DNA of 36,831 nt, from assembly GCA_001593845.1 (NCBI GenBank), contig LUCF01000004.1, positions 1 to 36,831 of the forward strand, written 5' to 3'. The notes beneath the pieces are model-generated. The model had not been told where the DNA came from, made no database searches, and saw only the letters and a program-made list of their open reading frames with translations. Shown here piece by piece: positions 28,757 through 36,831 of this stretch (the stretch's first letter is position 1; each line of letters starts with the position of its first letter). The position numbers and the translations under genes are program-made. This stretch comes from Candidatus Bathyarchaeota archaeon B63. GTDB taxonomy: Archaea; Thermoproteota; Bathyarchaeia; Bathyarchaeales; DTEX01.

Positions 28757-29845
28757 TTAGTCTCCCAGCCTAACCCCGTAGGGCCCAAAGAGGGTCCGAT
28801 GCATGTTAACTCTCGAGACGAGCCTAAGCCCGTACCTCTTGATCATGAACCGCTGTATGCCGATGACCTCCGTCGCCGTGAATGTGGAGTATATATGCGC
28901 CAGACGCAGGGTCTCCGGGTACCCCTGATAGAGCAGCTCGTTACCAAGCAGCCTCTCCACGGCCGTTATGCTCTCCTCCCTAGATATGGATCTATCAATA
29001 TCCAAGCGGAACGCGCAGCCCCCACTCGCCAACCTCGCAACGTAGATCCTCCCGAGGGGCCGAGTGGAAGCCGACGAAGAGAGCGGGAGAGAATCGATCT
29101 CGAATAAGCATGGCGGCCGATAACCATCAACGAGGTCTGTTATCCTCCAATCCAGAAACCTCAAGGTTGTATCCTTAGAGAAGCCCATGATTATATTTGA
29201 GTTCCGCCTAGCCGCCTTAAGTATCTCTGAGACCCCCGCGGCTGGGCTTCCTGGGACCCCTGCGGTTAGGGAGCCATCCCAGAGGATTATGCATTCCCTC
29301 ATGAGGTGGGAGACGCATAACTGAAGCCATCTCTCTATGAGGCTGCAGAGCCTGGTTTGCTGCTCCGTCTGCGGGAGAGCGGAGAGGCTCAGGTCGAGGG
29401 CCTCATTCATCTCCCTCGAAGCCCCATTTAGGCTTCTTCTTGTTACGTGAAACGTGAATGGGCCGAGACGGAGATATCGATACCCCTCATTCGTCCTCGT
29501 CACTATGGCTCCCCTCACGGCGTAGACCGCCCCCAAATCGGTTGTCCCCACCCTGATGGTTGAGACATCTATCCCTGTTATTGTGGTCCCGTCCCTGATC
29601 GGCCTCAGGGGAATCAGCAGAGTCGAGGCCATCCTGCCCCGTAGAGATTCCAGGTCTTTATCGTGCTCACCATTCAAGAAGGGCTCTGGGAGCTCCGTGT
29701 TGTCCAGCTGGAAGGGCCTTCCCTTGACCATATGCATGGAGTTTAGGCTTAATTCCATGATCTTATGGGAGAGGCTCGTCCACTTTGGGGTGAGTGGAAA
29801 ATTATATTTTGATGTTGTTTCATAGTGTAACTGCCCAATCAACAA
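28757..29845 (-). CDS. nurA: NurA-domain nuclease; true start probably downstream of 29845
   Basis: GIDVS, LWDGSL, GFSK, GYPETLRLAH; stop lies 4 bp from the herA start. Confidence 0.82.
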   Translation of the reverse strand: MLIGQLHYETTSKYNFPLTPKWTSLSHKIMELSLNSMHMVKGRPFQLDNTELPEPFLNGEHDKDLESLRGRMASTLLIPLRPIRDGTTITGIDVSTIRVGTTDLGAVYAVRGAIVTRTNEGYRYLRLGPFTFHVTRRSLNGASREMNEALDLSLSALPQTEQQTRLCSLIERWLQLCVSHLMRECIILWDGSLTAGVPGSPAAGVSEILKAARRNSNIIMGFSKDTTLRFLDWRITDLVDGYRPPCLFEIDSLPLSSSASTRPLGRIYVARLASGGCAFRLDIDRSISREESITAVERLLGNELLYQGYPETLRLAHIYSTFTATEVIGIQRFMIKRYGLRLVSRVNMHRTLFGPYGVRLGD

Positions 29846-29927
29846 TATTCACCAATTTGCAAATCTGTGGTGATGTTGTATATAAATGTTGTGCATGCGC
29901 AAATTGCACAATAAAAATCAACAATAT
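29810..29927. promoter_or_regulatory. Divergent promoter with repeated operator-like motifs
   Basis: 12-bp direct repeat AATCAACAATAT (29837, 29916); ATGTTGT at 29812, 29873 and 29886; palindromes ATTTGCAAAT (29855-64) and TTGTGCA-N9-TGCACAA (29889-29911). Confidence 0.5.
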
Positions 29928-29986
29928 ACTGAGGCGCCAAACGGGTAAAAGAACCCCGGCAAAGGCATAAAGAACGTGAGGGTAAG

Positions 29987-30403
29987 ATGGCGAGGCCTGA
30001 AGGCGGAAAGGACGAAGGAAACGTCCGAATAAAAATGAAGGTCGGAAACGTAGAGTTCGAGATAGAGTGCCGGGAGGACCGGATACAGCAGGTGATCGAG
30101 AAGGTCCTCTCAACAGTGACGGAGCACATGAAGAGGACGGCCACCCCAATCGGCGAGGCTGAATACCCAACAGGCAAGGCTGAGACATGCCGGGGGATAG
30201 TTGAAAGGCTCTGGAAGGAGGGGTTCTTCGCTGAGCCCCGTTCACTCAGTGAGGTGCATGAGGAGATGACGCGGATAGGCTACCATTATGATAGGACGGC
30301 CGTGGCTCACGTCCTGCTCGACCTCGTCAGGGACGGGGTCTTAACGCGGGAGGGGAAACCGCGGAGATACGTGTACGTCCAGAAACGCCCACCAACCGCT
30401 TGA
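29987..30403 (+). CDS. Uncharacterised protein: N-terminal beta-hairpin-helix plus C-terminal winged helix
   Basis: VRIKMKVGNVEFEIEC..RIQQVIEKVL; LWKEGFF..PRSLSEV...AVAHVLLDLVRDGVLTREG.PRRY.Y. Confidence 0.75.
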   Translation: MARPEGGKDEGNVRIKMKVGNVEFEIECREDRIQQVIEKVLSTVTEHMKRTATPIGEAEYPTGKAETCRGIVERLWKEGFFAEPRSLSEVHEEMTRIGYHYDRTAVAHVLLDLVRDGVLTREGKPRRYVYVQKRPPTA

Positions 30404-30996
30404 TGGATAAGACGGGAATGGAGGCTGACCTGTTGAGGAACGGGGAAGCCCCGGAGGATCTTTGGATAATCGTTCTTTCCCACTGCATCCTCAACCGGGC
30501 GACGAGGTGGTGGCAGAGGGGAAAGCCCCTAGATGACAGCCGGGGGATGGCCTCCCAGATCCTCGAATTACTCTCAGGTCTACAAATCGGCGTAATCCAG
30601 ATGCCGTGCCCGGAGTTCACCTTCTGCGGTAACCCACGGCCACCCAGAACGATGGATGAGTACCTGAGTCTTCCTGGCTTCCGAGATCACTGCGCGAGGC
30701 TGGCGGATGAGACGGCTGAGTATCTTAAGAGCCTCATCGAGAACGCCCGGGAGCCACGGATCAGAATCCTAGCGATCCTAGGGGTTGAGCGGTCCCCCAC
30801 ATGCTGTGTTGAATATGCACCTGTCGGGGACGGGGCGGAGAAGCGATACGAGAGAAGAAGGGGAATCTTCATTGATCTGCTGGTTAAAAGCCTAAGGGAC
30901 AGGGGAATAGAGGTGCCGGTCATCGGGGTCGACCTTAACAGGCCTGAGGAATCAGCCTCGATGATCCTCGATCTTATAAGCAGGCATAAGCCATAA
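30400..30996 (+). CDS. DUF523/TudS-related putative Fe-S desulfidase (CD3072-like)
   Basis: SHCILN, QMPCPE, GVERSPTC, GIF; overlaps the upstream stop, suggesting translational coupling. Confidence 0.72.
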   Translation: MMDKTGMEADLLRNGEAPEDLWIIVLSHCILNRATRWWQRGKPLDDSRGMASQILELLSGLQIGVIQMPCPEFTFCGNPRPPRTMDEYLSLPGFRDHCARLADETAEYLKSLIENAREPRIRILAILGVERSPTCCVEYAPVGDGAEKRYERRRGIFIDLLVKSLRDRGIEVPVIGVDLNRPEESASMILDLISRHKP

Positions 30997-31018
30997 TGCC
31001 TGATGGAATGATTCAGGC

Positions 31019-31504
31019 TTACTTCCAGTATTCCCCGATGAGCGATTCTGTCCTCCTTATTCCGAGGGTCGTTAACCTATACTCCCCATCAGTCGTCCTC
31101 TCGATCAGCCCATCTGAGATGAGCCTCGGAACCTCGTTAGAGACCGTTTTACGTGCCTTACCGATGATCCTCGCAAGGTCCCTCGTGGAGAGGGAGTCCC
31201 GGGGGAGCTTCCCCAATGCCTTTCCGAGATAAGCCCCCAGAAGGGCCAAGCATATCGCGTCTCTTGCGGGGACATCCAGATCGGGCGGCAAGATCGGGCC
31301 ATCTTGGGTTATCTCGACGAGCCCCTCAACCCCCCGGGCGAGGCTGATCACATCCGGCGTGTATATTATCCTTTGGAGAACCTCAAGTCCGGGACAGATC
31401 TGCGTGAGGAACTTCATGGTTAACTCGATGACCTCATCCACGTCTCCCTCGAAGTCAGCCTTGGCCTCGCCGAATTCTATGCGGACCTTCAGCTTCTCAC
31501 CCAA
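31019..31504 (-). CDS. Uncharacterised beta-hairpin-helix plus winged-helix protein
   Basis: LKVRIEFGEAKADFEG..DEV; LSTRDLARIIG...KTVSNEVPRLISDGLIER...GEYRLT..G. Confidence 0.78.
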   Translation of the reverse strand: MGEKLKVRIEFGEAKADFEGDVDEVIELTMKFLTQICPGLEVLQRIIYTPDVISLARGVEGLVEITQDGPILPPDLDVPARDAICLALLGAYLGKALGKLPRDSLSTRDLARIIGKARKTVSNEVPRLISDGLIERTTDGEYRLTTLGIRRTESLIGEYWK

Positions 31505-32020
31505 TTATGCCCCTTCCCCAGCCTCGATTTTTGGCAGAACCTCATCGAGGAAGTTCTTTATCCCGAGGGTCGTTATCCTGTATTCTCCCCGCCCCACCCT
31601 CTCAACCCAGCCTGAGCTGACAAGCTCGCTTAGGCGAGCGGCAACCGTGCTGGACTTCACCCCGATGAGCGATTTTATCTCGCTGCTCGCGAGTGTATCC
31701 TTATCTAACCTCCCCGTTCTGTGTCCTATGTACGCCTTGATGAGGTGGAGCATGATGGCGCCTTTATCCCCGCCCAGCCTCTCCTTAGAGACCGTGACAA
31801 CCGGGCCTTCAGGGGTGAAAGCTATTATCCCCTCCACGTTCTCTATGAGGCCCTCGAGGTCCACCGTTAGGGTGATCTTGGATGCGAGGTCAAAGGCGGG
31901 GAGGATACGTTGTACGAACTTGAGGAGCACCCTAACCACTTCCTCCGGCTTACCGCGGAACCTCAATTCGAGATCCCTATACTTTGCATATACTTCTAGG
32001 AGATCTCCTTCACCTTCCAA
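31505..32020 (-). CDS. Uncharacterised beta-hairpin-helix plus winged-helix protein, paralog of 31019..31504
   Basis: LEVYAKYRDLELRFRG..EEV; VEG....T..GP shared with the paralog; STVAARLSELV..GWVER..RGEYRIT..G; GGAGG RBS. Confidence 0.78.
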   Translation of the reverse strand: MEGEGDLLEVYAKYRDLELRFRGKPEEVVRVLLKFVQRILPAFDLASKITLTVDLEGLIENVEGIIAFTPEGPVVTVSKERLGGDKGAIMLHLIKAYIGHRTGRLDKDTLASSEIKSLIGVKSSTVAARLSELVSSGWVERVGRGEYRITTLGIKNFLDEVLPKIEAGEGA

Positions 32021-32368
32021 GCAGCAGCCTCCTTAACCATCCCTTCACGTGAGCTCTTCTCCGCCGCATGGGCTATGCTACCCGTGATGGACAAGTCATC
32101 CGTGCAGGCACGGCGATCATACATGAGTATATCTATGTATATTAAAAGATTTGCCGCTTAGGAAGTAAAGCCTCTTATTTGGAGATCAATTATGAGCAGG
32201 CCTTCGTGAGTCAGCCTAAAGACCGTGTGACACCGTCGAAGATCAAAAGGAGAAGGCATAGCGAGACTCCGCCTGAATACTGAGCATCCCCCTATTTTTC
32301 CATGCGTTCCCTCCCACGTTTATAGGAGATGTACATAAGTACTTCTTGAATGCGCAGAAATGCGCATA

Positions 32369-32396
32369 CTTTATAAAGGAAAAATTTCCTGGCAGG
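32369..32396 (+). repeat. Copy 2 of an imperfect ~28-bp direct repeat
   Basis: CTTTATAAAGGAAAAATTTCCTGGCAGG. Confidence 0.35.
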
Positions 32397-32628
32397 AGGA
32401 CCATTTGAGACGGAATAGAGACAAAAAACTTTCCAGGGACATACAAGGTACGCTTAATAATAAAGAATCAGGATCAAGATCACCGAAGAAAAAAATCAGC
32501 ATCAAAGCGCGTAGAGCGGAGGGTCCGCCTAATCGGCTGCTGACATTCTGCTTAAGGGAATTGTTCGGTCCCATAGAAAAGGCGCAATTTCTCTTCAGGC
32601 TGGGACCCGGTTGATCGTGTACGGTTCT

Positions 32629-33633
32629 TCACTTGTAGAACCATTCTATCGGTATTATCTTCAATCTCAGGGACTTATGGTCACAATAATACGTTATAAG
32701 CGCCTCGTCTCCTACGAACGTCACGCTTGGGTATGCATATGTCTGGCTCTCATCAGCCTCTATGTCCTTAAAGTTCTCCCATGTCTCTCCCTCATCATGT
32801 GAAACCGCCGCTGTTAAGGGAACCCTCCTCGGACCCCTCGTATGATTCCATATAAGAAGCAAGTCGCCGGTCTTGGGTATACGTTTGATCGTCTGGGGCG
32901 AGCGGGGCGAGATGACATTCATCGATTCCGGTTTAGACCAAGTCTCACCGCCATTCGATGAGTAGGCCCTGTATACATGGCCTAAGCTGGTTCTCATCCA
33001 CATCATAACCCTGCCGTCCTCAAGCTCAATGACCCCGGGCTCCTCAGCTGTGGACCCCGGCAGGAGTGATACCTCACCTCTGCTTCTGTACCATGTTCGG
33101 CCGTTATCATCCGAGTAGAAGCATACTGAGACAAGTTTGGAGCTCACATGGATGTTCGGGGTGAAGGCTGCTGGGAGAAGTATCCTCCCACTTGAGAGCT
33201 GTATCGCCCTATCATTGTTAAGGGTGAAGTAGCCTGGGTGAAACTTAGCCACAGGAACAATCTCGCTCCAGGATTCCCCTTCATCATAGGATTTCCTCAT
33301 GTAGGGATGGCAATCGGACCCCGAATTTTTTATGCAGAAAAAGAACGCGATCTCACCAGTCTGGAGCCTAAGAAAGTCTGCCTCCATGACGTTCATGACG
33401 CCTATGTTCTCCTGGATCGTGAAGGGTTCACCCCAGCTCCGCCCCCTATCCCAGGAGATCTTCCCAGAGATCCTAGCCGGGGAGAAGTCGCTTCCGCCGT
33501 AACAATAGAACTCTGTCCACCCAAGCAGTAAACGGCCATCCTTTAACTCTATTATGTCAGCCTCAGTGTTTCTTGGGTTCCTCTCGGAGGATGGGCAGAC
33601 CGTCAGGCTGAAGATCTCCGCATCAACCATCAT
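32629..33633 (-). CDS. BNR/Asp-box sialidase-like beta-propeller (GH33-like), no obvious signal peptide
   Basis: Five Asp-boxes: SWDRGRSW, SYDEGESW, SDDNGRTW, SSNGGETW, SHDEGETW; C-terminal YAYP. Confidence 0.85.
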   Translation of the reverse strand: MMVDAEIFSLTVCPSSERNPRNTEADIIELKDGRLLLGWTEFYCYGGSDFSPARISGKISWDRGRSWGEPFTIQENIGVMNVMEADFLRLQTGEIAFFFCIKNSGSDCHPYMRKSYDEGESWSEIVPVAKFHPGYFTLNNDRAIQLSSGRILLPAAFTPNIHVSSKLVSVCFYSDDNGRTWYRSRGEVSLLPGSTAEEPGVIELEDGRVMMWMRTSLGHVYRAYSSNGGETWSKPESMNVISPRSPQTIKRIPKTGDLLLIWNHTRGPRRVPLTAAVSHDEGETWENFKDIEADESQTYAYPSVTFVGDEALITYYCDHKSLRLKIIPIEWFYK

Positions 33634-33667
33634 GACTCACCATCCTGAAGGGAGGCCAAAGGAATAT

Positions 33668-34774
33668 TTATTTGATCCCGTATTCCCTGATGATCCCGCC
33701 GACCATCCGGACCTTCTCGATGCTTCCATCAGGCGGCAGCATATCTGAGATTCCGACTATGATGTTCGGGCTGAAGGTATCGAGGAGCCTAATCACGAAT
33801 CTTCTCAGCTCACCATCGCTGATGTGGGGTAGGAAATGAGTCGCAGGTATCCCATCTATCAGGACCTTACCTCTAAGGGCCTCCTTGAGCTCCTCCAGCG
33901 TCACGTTCCCCTGCGGGATGGGAGGAACGCATTCCAAGGCGTCTAGGCCGGTCTCCGGGAAGTATGGTAGGAGCCTCTTTATCTTCCCGTCCCAGTGTGA
34001 AGTGCAGTACTTCCCAGCTTGATGGAGCTCCCTCGTCCTCCGCTTATAGTATGGGATCATGTACTTCTCGAATAGGGGAGGGGAGCATAAGCCCTCATCG
34101 ATGTTGTCGCCGAAGTTAACAATCCTGAACGGCGTCTTCCTTATCAAGGCGAACCTCTCATCATCATTCTCATCGAAGACCATGAGGAGATCCTCGACCT
34201 CCTTTCTATGCTTCCAGAGGGCGATCACCCCCCTCTGAAATCCCATGTAGACTATGAAGAACCTCTGGATTGAGCCCCACGGAACTGTGATTAACGGTTC
34301 AGAACGTTCTCCGAGAAGCCTCTCCATCTCGTCATAAAGGTCCTTATCGAAGATGAAGCTCTGGTTTCTCAGTATGTACTTGAGCACCTCGAAGTCCCTG
34401 ACGCCCTTCAAGAAGTAACTGATTCTTAGGCTCGCGGTTCCATACTCGGTTCTCCTCTCGATCTGCGTTAGGCTTCCCTTCGGGGTCACATACTTCGTGT
34501 AGATGTAGCTCTCATCCACCTTCCTCTGGAGCTTAACCCCTTCCCCCTCGACAACCTTCACTGTATCATTAAAATAATGGTAGGCGCGGGGGGAGGCATC
34601 CAGATCATCATATATCGCCAGTAGATCAAAGCCTTCATACTCCCTGGGGAGGGTGCCCCTCGCCTTATTCACGTCGTACCAGTGGTGAAGCCTCGGCTGC
34701 CACAGCAGACGGTCCGGCCTTCTATGCTCGAAGACCGCCATTGTCCGCTCCCGGTTATTCATGCCCTCCATCAC
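33668..34774 (-). CDS. URO-D-like TIM barrel, putative corrinoid methyltransferase
   Basis: MNNRER.MAVF....PDR, TPKG.L, GDN, SPP.FEKY..PYY, HWDG, GISD.LP. Confidence 0.72.
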   Translation of the reverse strand: MMEGMNNRERTMAVFEHRRPDRLLWQPRLHHWYDVNKARGTLPREYEGFDLLAIYDDLDASPRAYHYFNDTVKVVEGEGVKLQRKVDESYIYTKYVTPKGSLTQIERRTEYGTASLRISYFLKGVRDFEVLKYILRNQSFIFDKDLYDEMERLLGERSEPLITVPWGSIQRFFIVYMGFQRGVIALWKHRKEVEDLLMVFDENDDERFALIRKTPFRIVNFGDNIDEGLCSPPLFEKYMIPYYKRRTRELHQAGKYCTSHWDGKIKRLLPYFPETGLDALECVPPIPQGNVTLEELKEALRGKVLIDGIPATHFLPHISDGELRRFVIRLLDTFSPNIIVGISDMLPPDGSIEKVRMVGGIIREYGIK

Positions 34775-34847
34775 GTCGAGTTCCGAGTTGAGGTTTTAAG
34801 GAGCTAATTACTAACTTATATATGGAAACCATTTATCAATTGATAGG

Positions 34848-35918
34848 TTGGTGAACCGTTTGCCTAAGATCCGGGTCGGCCTAGTAGGCGTGGGGAACTG
34901 CGCCTGTGCATTGGTGCAGGGCGTCGAATATTATAAGAACATCAGGAGCGAGGAGGAATGCGTAGGCCTGAGGCACCTGTACGTCGGTAAGTATCATCCC
35001 AGCGATATAGAGTTTGTCTGCGCATTCGACGTGACGGCTGGGAAGGTTGGGAAGGACCTCTCCGAGGCGATCTTCGAAAGGCCGAATAATACGCTGAGGT
35101 TCGCTGAGGTTCCCAAACTCGACGTTGAGGTTCTGAGGGGGCCTCTCCTCGACGGCATGAGCAAGTACGCCGGAGAGGTAGCTGAGGTAGACGATTCGCC
35201 TGAGGTTGATGTGGCCCAGAGCCTTAAAGAGAGCGGGGCCGAGGTCGTCGTCAACCTCCTTCCAAGCGGGGCTTCAGAAGCATCACTCAGATACGCCGAG
35301 GAATCCCTCAAGGCGGGTTGCGCATTCATTAATGCTACTCCGAACCTGATCGCGAGCGAGAGTTCATGGGCTGAACGATACGCGGAGGCTGGGCTTCCCA
35401 TAGTCGGCGATGACCTCACAGATCAGGTGGGAGCAACGTTCCTCCATAAGGTCCTGCTTGAGACCCTGAATAGACGGGGGGTTAAGGTCTCGAGGACCTA
35501 TCAGCTCGATGTTGGAGGGGGAACGGAGTCTGCTGATACGCTCAGCCGAGCTTGGGAAGTGAAACGTAGAATAAAGACGAAGTCGGTTATGTCCGTTCTG
35601 CCGTATGAAGCGGAGGTTGTCGCCGGGTCAACGGACTTCGTCGAGTTCTTGAAGAACAGCCGGGACAGCTACTTCCGTCTTGAAGGCCTGTACTTCGGCG
35701 GGGTCCCATTCAGCATGGATATAAAGCTCCAAACGGTTGACGCTCCCAATGCAGGCTCAGTTCTCCTCGACGTGATCCGCGGGGTCAAGATCGCCCTCGA
35801 GAGGGGAGACGCTGGACATGTCCTCCCAATATCAGCCTACGCCTTCAAGCATCCCGCCAAGATCCTACCGCTCCTCGAGGCGGATGAGCTATTCGAGAAG
35901 TACATAACTGAAGCTTGA
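34848..35918 (+). CDS. ino1: Myo-inositol-1-phosphate synthase family protein, divergent active site
   Basis: GVGNCA..LVQG, AFDV..GKVGKD, QVGAT, YQL.VGG, D.PN. Confidence 0.8.
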   Translation: MVNRLPKIRVGLVGVGNCACALVQGVEYYKNIRSEEECVGLRHLYVGKYHPSDIEFVCAFDVTAGKVGKDLSEAIFERPNNTLRFAEVPKLDVEVLRGPLLDGMSKYAGEVAEVDDSPEVDVAQSLKESGAEVVVNLLPSGASEASLRYAEESLKAGCAFINATPNLIASESSWAERYAEAGLPIVGDDLTDQVGATFLHKVLLETLNRRGVKVSRTYQLDVGGGTESADTLSRAWEVKRRIKTKSVMSVLPYEAEVVAGSTDFVEFLKNSRDSYFRLEGLYFGGVPFSMDIKLQTVDAPNAGSVLLDVIRGVKIALERGDAGHVLPISAYAFKHPAKILPLLEADELFEKYITEA

Positions 35919-36018
35919 AGCTTCATTCCCCTCCAGTAAGGATTGAACGTCCCCCGGGAAGGGGCATCCCACAATTTCCCGCCGAGGCTATCAAAATGAC
36001 GTGTGATGATGGTGATTC

Positions 36019-36831
36019 GTGAGTCCCCCGAAACGGCGCGTCGGGATATCCATAGCGATCCCCGCGTCCCTCGTATCCGACGTCCCCCACCTCCGGGAGA
36101 AGACGCTCAGGATAGGCATGATCGGCCGGGCGCTCGCCATCTTCCGCGTAGACGAGGTAATAGTATATCCAGACATCCCAGGCAGAGATCAGAGGAGAGA
36201 CGCCTCGCTGATCAGGGCCATCCTCTCATATATGGAGACCCCTCAGTACCTTAGACGGCGGCTCTTCAAGATCAGGCCTGAGCTCCGCTTCGTAGGCATC
36301 CTCCCACCCCTCAGAACCCCCCATCATCCAACGGAAAACAGGGAGAGGCAACTAAGGATCGGGGAGTATAGGGAGGGGGCCGTCATATCCTCAGATGAGG
36401 GAGGCGCCTACGTCGATATAGGCGTAGAAAGGCCTATCTTCATGCCCAACGCCGAACTGAAGACAGGCTCAAGAGTCACAGTCAAGATAAAGAAGAAGGG
36501 GAAACTCCTCATCGGAGAAATAGCGGACCCAGAGGAACTCGAGGTTTACTGGGGATACAAAGTCAAGATCTCAGGTTACCCGCTCAGCAATCTGCTCAGG
36601 GACCCGAGATACAGCCTCGTAATCGCCACCTCCCGACGCGGCGTCCCCATCATGAAGCTCGCGGATGAGATGATGGATAACTGGAGAAGCGCGAGGCGGG
36701 TGCTCATCGCCTTCGGCTCGCCGACCCAGGGGCTCCACGAGATCATCGCCCAAGAAGGCATCGAACTCGAAACCTTGACGAACTTCATCGTGAATACCGT
36801 TCCAAACCAGGGAGTTAAGACTATCCGAACA
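36019..36831 (+). CDS. SPOUT-family RNA methyltransferase (DUF171/SPOUT1/MTH1-like), truncated at window end; absent from the ORF track
   Basis: GTG start after GGTGA; ISIAIPAS.VSD..HLREKT..IG.IGRALAIFRVDE..VY, ETPQYLR, GILPPL.TPHH, YWGY, TSRRG, FGSP..GL, NTVPNQGV.TIRT. Confidence 0.88.
   Translation, partial: MSPPKRRVGISIAIPASLVSDVPHLREKTLRIGMIGRALAIFRVDEVIVYPDIPGRDQRRDASLIRAILSYMETPQYLRRRLFKIRPELRFVGILPPLRTPHHPTENRERQLRIGEYREGAVISSDEGGAYVDIGVERPIFMPNAELKTGSRVTVKIKKKGKLLIGEIADPEELEVYWGYKVKISGYPLSNLLRDPRYSLVIATSRRGVPIMKLADEMMDNWRSARRVLIAFGSPTQGLHEIIAQEGIELETLTNFIVNTVPNQGVKTIRT

Noticed and set aside
32243..32614. Short ORFs in the AT-rich gap, and a PGTYKVRLIIK fragment resembling a PKD/Ig strand
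   Set aside because: No recognisable family or RBS; similarity too short to call.
637..36788. Numerous antisense and alternate-frame ORFs in the track (e.g. 1802..2353, 4619..5293, 16442..17305, 31359..32036, 36003..36254)
   Set aside because: They are shadows of well-supported genes in GC-rich DNA and carry no motifs.
1..36831. CRISPR array, tRNA, rRNA, intact transposase/integrase, ORB origin boxes
   Set aside because: No regularly spaced repeats, cloverleaf, rRNA signatures, recombinase motifs or ORB consensus were seen by eye.

Overview
Gene-dense archaeal chromosomal window, most likely Bathyarchaeia or a related TACK lineage. That placement is inferred from tes, trm1, a SPOUT1-like methyltransferase, RACo plus URO-D-like methyltransferases, BRE/TATA promoters and frequent TTG/GTG starts. 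Left: a nitrogen locus with glnA, two DNA-binding-less demi-FFRP (Lrp ligand-domain) genes and a Re-citrate/homocitrate-synthase-like gene, transcribed divergently from a full-length Lrp. Their shared promoter has three ATTGAA half-sites spaced exactly 31 bp apart, and glutamine-dependent nadE follows. Middle: tes, a sugar oxidoreductase/isomerase pair, a radical SAM enzyme, a class II GATase, a K+-independent membrane PPase, nadX (no in-frame canonical start) and nadC, trm1 with a candidate C/D box RNA upstream, a lactonase, a stand-alone PqqD/RRE, RACo, an aminotransferase and a TET peptidase. Right: a block (about 27.2-32.0 kb) with a nurA-herA pair lacking mre11/rad50 (herA frameshifted), three related beta-hairpin/winged-helix proteins and a TudS-related Fe-S protein, flanked by an imperfect ~28 bp direct repeat. 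After it come a sialidase-like BNR protein, a URO-D-like protein, a divergent Ino1 and a truncated SPOUT gene. Decayed AbrB and PIN toxin-antitoxin remnants lie in intergenic gaps. No tRNA, rRNA, CRISPR array or intact transposase was seen. All calls are from motif recognition by eye; no database search was run.
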